IMG/VR virus record: IMGVR_UViG_3300034061_006011
DNA: 64,000 nucleotides
Direction: 5' to 3' (one strand)
Source of the DNA: a virus
Lineage: Duplodnaviria > Caudoviricetes
A program made the position numbers and the translations under genes. Shown here in pieces: positions 19,873 through 27,794 of the stretch. Below the pieces are notes generated by a model. It had not been told where the DNA came from. It saw nothing but the letters and a program-made list of their open reading frames with translations, and made no database searches. Numbering within the stretch: position 1 is the first letter of the stretch; each line of letters starts with the position of its first letter.

Positions 19873-20823
19873 ATGATCAGCAAAACATTAGCTGCCAATT
19901 ATCAGGAAGATGCAAAACTCTATGTCATCACCCCAATAATTAACCCTCAAAGATACAACAGCAGATACAAACTATACAAAAAATTTGAAAAAATGGTCAA
20001 TGACTCTGGAGCAGTTCTGTACACAATAGAAGCTGCATACGGAAATAGACCATTTGAAGTCACTACATCAGACAACCCACAAAACATTCAAGTAAGAACT
20101 ATATCTGAATTGTGGCACAAAGAAAACATGATCAACGTAGCTGTACAAAGACTTCCATCAAATTGGGAATACGTTGCATGGATTGACGCAGATGTTGCCT
20201 TCGCAAGACCAGATTGGGTCGAAGAAACCATACATCAACTACAACACCACCCAGTAGTCCAAATGTTTAGCACTGCTGTAGACCTTTCTCCTAAACACGA
20301 AATGATAAAAGCACACAAAGGATTTGTTTATAGCTATCTCAACCGTGTACACCAAAAATGCGACAAATATGATCATTGGCACCCCGGTTTTGCTTGGGCA
20401 GCTACAAAATATGCCTTTAATTCATTCGGTGGACTAATAGAAGAAGCAATATTAGGTTCTGGAGACAGACATATGGCTTTTGGTCTAGTAGATAAAATTG
20501 AAATGACTATAAATAAAAAATTCACACAAGCATACAAACGTGTACTAAAAAAATGGGAAACTCTTGCAGTTGAGCATATCAAGAAAAATATAGGATATGT
20601 TGAAGGAACACTATTACATTATTGGCATGGAAAGAAAAAAGATAGAGGTTATAGCTGGAGAAGCAATGTTCTAGTCAAAAATAACTATGACCCAGATACA
20701 GACATAAAAAAAGATTGGCAAGGAATTTATGCCTTAACAGGAAATAAAATTAAATTTAGAGATGAATTGGTACAATACTTTAAATCAAGAAATGAAGATA
20801 GCATAGATGAAGAAATTTGTTAA
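19873..20823 (+). CDS. GT-A fold glycosyltransferase-like protein
   Basis: YVAWIDADV (DxD), WHPGFAWAA, LLHYWHG. Confidence 0.65.
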   Translation: MISKTLAANYQEDAKLYVITPIINPQRYNSRYKLYKKFEKMVNDSGAVLYTIEAAYGNRPFEVTTSDNPQNIQVRTISELWHKENMINVAVQRLPSNWEYVAWIDADVAFARPDWVEETIHQLQHHPVVQMFSTAVDLSPKHEMIKAHKGFVYSYLNRVHQKCDKYDHWHPGFAWAATKYAFNSFGGLIEEAILGSGDRHMAFGLVDKIEMTINKKFTQAYKRVLKKWETLAVEHIKKNIGYVEGTLLHYWHGKKKDRGYSWRSNVLVKNNYDPDTDIKKDWQGIYALTGNKIKFRDELVQYFKSRNEDSIDEEIC

Positions 20824-20888
20824 TATATAAATCATGAAAAAACAATTTTATTTGTAATAATTTTATTTAAAAAAGTATATATTTTAAT

Positions 20889-21752
20889 ATGATAAGCTTT
20901 ATTGAATATCTTGCAGAAGCTACTACTAATAATAACGACAAAATAAAAATTGTTGTTTTTCAGGGAAGCCCCAGAACAAAAGATTCTTGTTCTGGTGGAG
21001 ACAGTAAAACAAGTTTCTTAATGAACAAAGCAATAAAAGAAATAACAGAAGATGTCAAATTTACAATTGTTGATTTAAAAGTAATGAATGACGATCCACA
21101 AGTTCGTCCATGCAAAGGATGTGTTGGAACCAGTAATGGATTCCAATGCCATTACCCATGTGATTGTTATGCCAAAGATGATGGAACAAATGATCTCATG
21201 TCTGAAGAAGACGTTTATAAAAAAATGGAAGAAGCAGACGGATTTGTTGTTTTTACACCTGTTTATTGGTCAGGTCCATCCAGTCAAGTCAAATCATTGT
21301 TCGACAGACTTGTTTGCGTTAGTTTAACATTATCTGTCGAAGATGCGAAAAAGATTTATGGTAAAGATGTTAAAGATCCCAAGAAAACAATAGCAGCAGA
21401 ACAAAGTGGAAAATATCGTGATCTTTTAAAAAATCATTATGAGGGTAAAGTTGGAGCATTTTTCATACATGGAGACGATGGCGCAAATGATTATGTTGGG
21501 CGCAAGATGCCATTAGCTATGGCTGATTCTAAACCACAAGACTATATCAGCCCAAAAGAAGCTATTATGCCTATTGTTAATCAGTGTCGCTATAGTGGCA
21601 TTTTTGTTCCAGAAAATTGTATAGAAGGAAATGTTTTTGGATATAAAGAAAAATATAGTCAAAATAATATTGATGTTCGTAAAAGTGATTTAATTGACAA
21701 ATCAATTAAACTAATTAAAAATCTAATTAAAGAAATTAAGAAACGAAGATAG
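20889..21752 (+). CDS. NADPH-dependent FMN reductase / iron-sulfur flavoprotein with CTS-like N-terminus
   Basis: FQGSPR, CKGCVG..C.YPCDC, ADGFVVFTPVYW..PSSQVKSLFDRL; starts MISFIEYLAE. Confidence 0.88.
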   Translation: MISFIEYLAEATTNNNDKIKIVVFQGSPRTKDSCSGGDSKTSFLMNKAIKEITEDVKFTIVDLKVMNDDPQVRPCKGCVGTSNGFQCHYPCDCYAKDDGTNDLMSEEDVYKKMEEADGFVVFTPVYWSGPSSQVKSLFDRLVCVSLTLSVEDAKKIYGKDVKDPKKTIAAEQSGKYRDLLKNHYEGKVGAFFIHGDDGANDYVGRKMPLAMADSKPQDYISPKEAIMPIVNQCRYSGIFVPENCIEGNVFGYKEKYSQNNIDVRKSDLIDKSIKLIKNLIKEIKKRR

Positions 21753-21773
21753 CATCGACCATGAAGATTAATC

Positions 21774-22049
21774 TTGACAAAACGATTCAATATAGAGCAT
21801 TGGCAGAAATACCCCTTCCTTCACGCTGAAGCCGATCTTTTGCTCAAATTGGATGAGAAGCACCATAGCAAGAGAACTACGATCCTAAGCCTAAAAATCA
21901 ACCGGCATGGACGATTCAGATTGGCTAAACCATGTTATAAGTGTGAAATAGCTCTTTCTAGATCAAATCTCACAAACGTAATGTGGAGCTTGACAGATGA
22001 AAAAAATCTTTATATGCCAATTTTAGATAGCGCATTAATAAACAAGTAA
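21774..22049 (+). pseudogene. Cytidine/dCMP deaminase-like, apparently N-terminally truncated
   Basis: HAE and AKPCYKC zinc motifs; only 16 residues before HAE; in-frame stop at 21762; TTG start. Confidence 0.55.
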
Positions 22050-22050
22050 A

Positions 22051-22380
22051 TTAGATTTTAATTTTTATAATCAACAACCCTATTATCATTAAAATCAGTC
22101 CTACATATCCATTTTTTTCAAGTTTTATATCAAAAAATATTAATGGCAAGAAATAATAAATAGTAACAAATAAAACATCCCAAATAAGACTAAATGCATA
22201 TAATTTTTTCTCATCTTCAAAGTACTTAGTAGTTAAAATCCAAATGCTATTACTTGTTAATCCTAACAATAATGCAAGAGGAATGTACCACCATTTGTTA
22301 TGCAAAGATTTATCAAAACTAATATAACACATTAATGAACAAATTATTCCAACAAATATTAGTGTAATAAATTGGATCAT
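22051..22380 (-). CDS. Small multi-pass membrane protein (SMR/DMT-like)
   Basis: 109 aa, four hydrophobic segments. Confidence 0.6.
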   Translation of the reverse strand: MIQFITLIFVGIICSLMCYISFDKSLHNKWWYIPLALLLGLTSNSIWILTTKYFEDEKKLYAFSLIWDVLFVTIYYFLPLIFFDIKLEKNGYVGLILMIIGLLIIKIKI

Positions 22381-22498
22381 ACAATATTTATTCGATCTTT
22401 ATACAAAATTAGAATATATCAGTAAATTTTTGATTTTTCCTTCAGAAAGTTTTTACGCCAGACTAACTATTGCTAATTTTTACATGAATACAAACGAA

Positions 22499-22524
22499 GA
22501 AACCGCTTGTTTCCAAGCGGTTTC
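22499..22524 (-). terminator. Hairpin downstream of the major capsid gene
   Basis: GAAACCGCTTG-TTTC-CAAGCGGTTTC 11-bp stem. Confidence 0.7.
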
Positions 22525-22549
22525 AGCGAAGTTAGCAATGCTCAGAGCG

Positions 22550-24007
22550 TCATACTCTGAAATTTGCAATATTTAATCGGGCATAGAACTTTGCGCCTTC
22601 CCTTAATAACTTTTTTCCGTATCGAACAAGCAAACCACGTCTTGGGCAGAATGATTCTGGGTCAAGAACGACTGGGGTCTGGGTGAGTGGAACGTATGGG
22701 CAGTAGAAGTAACCGCTGTCCATGTAGCTGTCGCCCTTATAACCCATGAGCAACTGGTTGCTTGGGAAGAGTGGATCTTTGTATAGACGATAACGGTTAG
22801 CGACCGTACCGACATACTGAACGCCGAGTGAGCTTGTGAAGGTCTCAGAAGGTGCAGGAGCGAAACCAGCAGTTGCTGTTTCGAAGATTGAAGCAACTTC
22901 AGGTGAAGTCACGATGAAGTTTGCGCCGCCACGGAGGGTCTTCCTGTGGATCACGTTAGAAACTTCGATGATCTTAACATAAAGGGCTTCGTACTTTTCC
23001 TTGATGGTCTGACCGATTGCAGTTGAGAAGTCCCAAGCTGCGACAGTACCAGCGTTATTACGGAGGTCACCAAGAACTTCTCGGTCGATTTCGAGGTTGA
23101 TTTCCTGTGCAAGAACAGCGGTCAACTCAGCTTCAGCATCAAGATTGTGCTGACTACGGAGATCTTGCTGTGCTTCATAGGACCATACAGCCTTGAGCTT
23201 ACGGGTCTTAGCAACGATATCTTCTGATTCAATAACGAGGTTGATTTCAGGAAGATCCTGATTGCACTCCATATTGTACTCATAAGAGACTGTGCAGTTG
23301 TTTGAACCGGGTGCATTATCCCAAGTGAGTGTGAATTCGCCAGTGGTAAGATCGATGCTACCAGTTGTTGCTCTGTTAGCAGGTGAACCAATTGCGGTAA
23401 AGGTGAAGGTGCCGTTTGAAGAGACAACGAATGTCTGAACAGCGGTTGAACCATCATAAACAGTACCAGTAATGGTGCCAGCAAGGATTGGAGTGTGTTC
23501 AAGTGGGCTGAATACGCTAGTGGTGTCTGCGCCTGCATCAGTGCTGGTTGCTTCGTTGTTTACGAACTGTGAAGAGTAGTAAACGTCGAGGTTAGCAGTA
23601 CCATCAGCAAGCTGCTGGAGTGAATTAATATCATCTCCGGGGAAACCACCGTTGTTGCTAGCTCCACGAACGCTACCCTTGTTAGAGGAATAACGGAAAC
23701 GGAGATAGTACACCAAACCGGTTGGTCCGAGTAGTGGCTGAACGCTTACAATCTTATTAGCGATCAACTGTGGGTAAATTCTGCGGACGAGAGGAATTGA
23801 AATCCTCTTGAACTGTGCGACATCTGCGGTGTCGGTTGAAACTTCGTTAAATAGCTTTTCTCTTTCGAGCATTAGGCGTTGGTTCTCAAGAAGCACTGCG
23901 GTTGCAGCACGGGTATGAGTATCTTCGATACCCCTGAGAAGACCAGTTTTTGCCCAACGGCTCTCTAGTTCTTTAGCTTCGTTCAAATAAGTTGAATTGA
24001 GACTCAT
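22550..24007 (-). CDS. gp23: T4 gp23-like major capsid protein
   Basis: TAVLLENQ, VSVQPLLGPTG, TRKLKAVWS.EAQQDL, EINLEIDRE, YCPYVPL, RYG. Confidence 0.97.
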   Translation of the reverse strand: MSLNSTYLNEAKELESRWAKTGLLRGIEDTHTRAATAVLLENQRLMLEREKLFNEVSTDTADVAQFKRISIPLVRRIYPQLIANKIVSVQPLLGPTGLVYYLRFRYSSNKGSVRGASNNGGFPGDDINSLQQLADGTANLDVYYSSQFVNNEATSTDAGADTTSVFSPLEHTPILAGTITGTVYDGSTAVQTFVVSSNGTFTFTAIGSPANRATTGSIDLTTGEFTLTWDNAPGSNNCTVSYEYNMECNQDLPEINLVIESEDIVAKTRKLKAVWSYEAQQDLRSQHNLDAEAELTAVLAQEINLEIDREVLGDLRNNAGTVAAWDFSTAIGQTIKEKYEALYVKIIEVSNVIHRKTLRGGANFIVTSPEVASIFETATAGFAPAPSETFTSSLGVQYVGTVANRYRLYKDPLFPSNQLLMGYKGDSYMDSGYFYCPYVPLTQTPVVLDPESFCPRRGLLVRYGKKLLREGAKFYARLNIANFRV

Positions 24008-24034
24008 TGTAGTTACCTTTCTTTATTATAAAAC

Positions 24035-24916
24035 TTACTTAGATTTCTTAACTCCTGAAAGAACAAGAAGATCGTTGACTTCGTTTAGTGAGTTTGATTC
24101 AGAAATAACCTGAACATTCTCAGTTACTAACTGACCTCTCCCGCTTGCAACTCTTGCTTTCATTCCACGCTCTTTCTGCTCACTGATGACTTTCTTAGTG
24201 CGATCAACACGGTGTTCACCAATGACTTCGGAAGCTCTACGAACACTTTCATTCAACTTTGTATTCTCTGTTGAAAGACGAATGTTCCTTGCTTCCATGA
24301 TTCTTAACTGACCCTTAAGATCTTCTGATGACTTACGGGCTTCTTCAAGCTTGCCGGAAGTTGAGAAGAACTGTTCGTCGCCGGAAATGTAATCGGAAGC
24401 AATGTTTACGATCTTATCAAGAGCAACCTTGTGTTCGACCATTCTTGGATCAGCCATAAGGTCTGTCTTAGCTTGTTCGTAAATTTCTGCGCCCTTGATC
24501 TGGAGGAATTCGTCAACCTTGTCAACGATGTATTCCTTCATTTCCTTAAGCTTGCCATCATATTCTTCGTATAGGTCGCTTTCGACGCTATTCTTATTGC
24601 TTCTTTCAGCAAGAAGCATCTGATATGCTTCTTCGTAGCCTTCTTCAAGAGCAGTTTCAAATTCCTGCTTCTGATTGCCAATTCTTTCCTGAAGATCAGA
24701 AATAATTGCGTAGGCTTCGTTATAGCCATGATAGGCGGTCTTTTCAGCCTGAGAAAGTTCATTTGTAAGCTGAACATAAGCCTCTTCGAGATTCTTATTG
24801 TATTCCGCTTCCATTTCTTTCTTTGACTCTTCAATCATCTCAGAAACAGCCTGAGCAACCTCGTTGATCTGGTCTGCTGGAAGAAGATTCCTTAATGAGC
24901 TTAAAATCTTATTCAT
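24035..24916 (-). CDS. gp22: Prohead core scaffold (gp22-like)
   Basis: Acidic coiled coil between protease and MCP, as in T4. Confidence 0.75.
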   Translation of the reverse strand: MNKILSSLRNLLPADQINEVAQAVSEMIEESKKEMEAEYNKNLEEAYVQLTNELSQAEKTAYHGYNEAYAIISDLQERIGNQKQEFETALEEGYEEAYQMLLAERSNKNSVESDLYEEYDGKLKEMKEYIVDKVDEFLQIKGAEIYEQAKTDLMADPRMVEHKVALDKIVNIASDYISGDEQFFSTSGKLEEARKSSEDLKGQLRIMEARNIRLSTENTKLNESVRRASEVIGEHRVDRTKKVISEQKERGMKARVASGRGQLVTENVQVISESNSLNEVNDLLVLSGVKKSK

Positions 24917-24917
24917 C

Positions 24918-25562
24918 TCACAGTCTCCCTATTATGTTACTGGTTTTATTCTTAATTAGCCCGCCTAAACAAGCTATTACTGCGTCCTTATTAACACTAT
25001 GTATGCGTCTGCTTTCATTTTTTGCAGAAAAATTATCATAATTATAATTTTCTTTAGTAACTTTCTTCTGAAATGCCTGATAAGTAGACGGATCAGCAAC
25101 AGCATCGAATGTGATGAGCTTGTATGATTCTGTAATCATCAAGACACCTTTTTCATTTGTTGTACCGTTTCCGACACCTCTTGAAGAAATGCCGACACGC
25201 ACACCGTCATTAATAAGTGCTTTCAGTATTTTTCCATGTGGTGTATTTAGGATTTCGCCTTCACCCATTAGGGTTTTGCCTTCCCACCACAATTTTGTTA
25301 CAACATGAGAAGCTTTTTCAAAGTGAATAATTGAATCAGAAGGGTGATCCAATTCGCCAACCAAGCCTCTTGCGTTAACACAGTCCATCAGCTCCTGAAC
25401 ATTCTTGTCTAGGACGCTGAAACCATATGATCTATTGTTTTTATTGACTTCATCAGCCTGCTGGAATTTACCACGAAATTTTGTGAGTCCGCCAATTGCG
25501 GACTCATTTAAATTCATGACTATACCGCCGCTATTGCAAGAATCGACTAGCAGCATATTCAA
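24918..25562 (-). CDS. gp21: Prohead protease (gp21-like)
   Basis: KNNRSY, GELDHP, SHVVT, GISSRGVG, TFDAVADPS. Confidence 0.95.
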   Translation of the reverse strand: MNMLLVDSCNSGGIVMNLNESAIGGLTKFRGKFQQADEVNKNNRSYGFSVLDKNVQELMDCVNARGLVGELDHPSDSIIHFEKASHVVTKLWWEGKTLMGEGEILNTPHGKILKALINDGVRVGISSRGVGNGTTNEKGVLMITESYKLITFDAVADPSTYQAFQKKVTKENYNYDNFSAKNESRRIHSVNKDAVIACLGGLIKNKTSNIIGRL

Positions 25563-25563
25563 A

Positions 25564-27342
25564 TCAACCCCTTTCGCTACCCTTAAGTAGTTTAAAGCTG
25601 TTTGCTAAAGTCATGCCATTGGATGGAATATAAGGATTTTTCAACTTGTCCCAAGTGTCTGGACCATCATCTTGACCAAGGACATCACTGTCAGCGTCAA
25701 TAGTCTTTTCACCATGAATCTTGAAATCACCAGCCTTGGGTACATATGGGTTTCTGACATTTGGATAAACATCAGATCCGTCATGTGTAAGATAGCCCTG
25801 CTTGAGGTCTTCTATACCTTGTTTATCGTAAGACTTGCCATCACTAACGAATGGTGATCTTGTTGAAGCGTACTTGCCGGGAGCGCCATCAATCTTGGAG
25901 TACTTTGACATAGATTCGATATCACCTGTTACAGTGTGACCAACTTTGTCAGAAACCTGCCATTCACCGCTCATTGGAAGATTAGCTAATGCCTTTAGCA
26001 TAACAGCGGCTTCTTCTAGAACATCAAGATCAAAAGGCTTCTTTCCAGATAAAGAATGTTCAATGTCAGACATATAACCTGAAATTTCATGCTTAATACT
26101 TGCATCTCCGAAGTGTTCAGCAAGACCAGCAAGACTGTTCAAGGACTTGTATGCATCCTCAAAAGCCATTCTTTCGGTTCTCTTGACTTCTTCAAGCTTG
26201 TCAACCATGATTTCAGAAGCATACTTGAAACCTTCATAACTCTTTGATTCAAACATATCAGCAAGCTTGTAAATCTGGTTTACCTTGTCCTTATAATTGT
26301 CGTAGCAGGTTCTTAGTAAACCTTCTGCCAAGAACAAGCAGGTTTCGTCATCGAAATTCTTGACATTTTCGCTGATCAAAGTATCACTGATCAACTTAGC
26401 CAATTCATTTTCGGTCAAGTAAACAATGCTTGGGAAAGCAGCTACTACATTTTCAACAGTTTCCTGTAGCTTAGATGCATCACTCATTGCATTGCACTTC
26501 TTCATATCTTTGCAAGCAAGACCCCAGTGAGCATTGTGACCAAGAAGCCTCATAAGGTCTCTCTGGTGCATTACATCAGTGTTAAGAGTCTTCCAATTGA
26601 AAGAAAGGATCTTTGCTTCATTTCTTAGTTGAGCACGGGGAATAGCAACTGTGACAACATTACCAAGCTTGTCCTTAGCAACTTCATTGAGGCTAGGAAC
26701 ACCGTAAGTTCTGAAATCAACATAATCAAGAATATTCTTGGAAACAGCTGCCCATTCCTTCAAATTCTTTGAAGAAACTTTGCTGATAAAGTCCATCTTC
26801 TTCTTGCTCTTATGCTTGCCCATCTTCTCGTCACGCTTGTCGCTCTTCTTGCCCTTGCCCTTACCCTTCTTAGCTGCTTTCTTCTTAAGATAAGCTGCAA
26901 ACTGTGGAGGAATCTTACCCTTTTTGCTACCCTTTGCTTCGTTGATAACGCCTTCTTGTAGGCTAACACGAACGTAAGGAAGGTTAAAGTAGTTTGAGAA
27001 AAGGTCGCTGGCTGCATCCTTTTTGTCGTCAAGAATTGAGTCAACCATTCTATCGAGAATATTCTTGCCTTCATTGACCTGAGAAGACTCATCAACAACC
27101 AATTCTTCGATGTTTTCAAGCAAAAGCTTGGAATCATCAATAAGATAAGTTGCATGAACGAGTGTACCCTGATCTGTAGCAAAAGTGGCTTCATTTTCTG
27201 TGATGCCAAACAGAGCAATATTATCTTTGCCCAATGCGTTGGCAATGGAATCAGAAGCTTCTGTTAACTCTTTTTCTGCTGTTTGAAGAAACTTGCGCTC
27301 GATCTGCTTGAAGACATCATAGTCGATGAGTTTTCTCTTCAT
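25564..27342 (-). CDS. Large head-gene-cluster protein with Lys-rich insert; possible prohead core component
   Basis: Position between portal and protease; KKAAKKGKGKGKK tract; codon usage like head genes. Confidence 0.6.
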   Translation of the reverse strand: MKRKLIDYDVFKQIERKFLQTAEKELTEASDSIANALGKDNIALFGITENEATFATDQGTLVHATYLIDDSKLLLENIEELVVDESSQVNEGKNILDRMVDSILDDKKDAASDLFSNYFNLPYVRVSLQEGVINEAKGSKKGKIPPQFAAYLKKKAAKKGKGKGKKSDKRDEKMGKHKSKKKMDFISKVSSKNLKEWAAVSKNILDYVDFRTYGVPSLNEVAKDKLGNVVTVAIPRAQLRNEAKILSFNWKTLNTDVMHQRDLMRLLGHNAHWGLACKDMKKCNAMSDASKLQETVENVVAAFPSIVYLTENELAKLISDTLISENVKNFDDETCLFLAEGLLRTCYDNYKDKVNQIYKLADMFESKSYEGFKYASEIMVDKLEEVKRTERMAFEDAYKSLNSLAGLAEHFGDASIKHEISGYMSDIEHSLSGKKPFDLDVLEEAAVMLKALANLPMSGEWQVSDKVGHTVTGDIESMSKYSKIDGAPGKYASTRSPFVSDGKSYDKQGIEDLKQGYLTHDGSDVYPNVRNPYVPKAGDFKIHGEKTIDADSDVLGQDDGPDTWDKLKNPYIPSNGMTLANSFKLLKGSERG

Positions 27343-27442
27343 TTTGTTCTCCCAAAAAAAACAATGTTTAATTCACATAGAGTGCGAATTTTTTTAATTC
27401 TAACTCATATCTATGCAGGTGATTAAAAAAAAGAAGGATATT

Positions 27443-27775
27443 ATGCAAACATTTAGCGATTTTATTGGTAAAAGATTTGAATACAATGAAAACAGCGATT
27501 CAAATCCTCAAGTAGTTAGTCAAAAAAATGCAAAAAGTGCCAAAGATTTAGAAGATATTATTTCAAAAATTTTAAACAACACAAACTACCACAAAGAATT
27601 TTTAAATTTATTATCAGATTTTATCGAAAGCAAAGATGATCAAGGTTTGCAACAAATGATGAATCATTTTAAACAAAATAATAAAATAGATAATTTTAAT
27701 GATGATAGTGGACTTGGAACACTATCAGGCGTTCTTAATAGACCAAACAATCTACCACCAAATATGGGTGGCTAA
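27443..27775 (+). CDS. Hypothetical protein with CTS-like start
   Basis: AAGGA SD then MQTFSDFI (start reassigned from 27413). Confidence 0.55.
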   Translation: MQTFSDFIGKRFEYNENSDSNPQVVSQKNAKSAKDLEDIISKILNNTNYHKEFLNLLSDFIESKDDQGLQQMMNHFKQNNKIDNFNDDSGLGTLSGVLNRPNNLPPNMGG

Positions 27776-27794
27776 GATTTCTTGAGTCTTAGCC

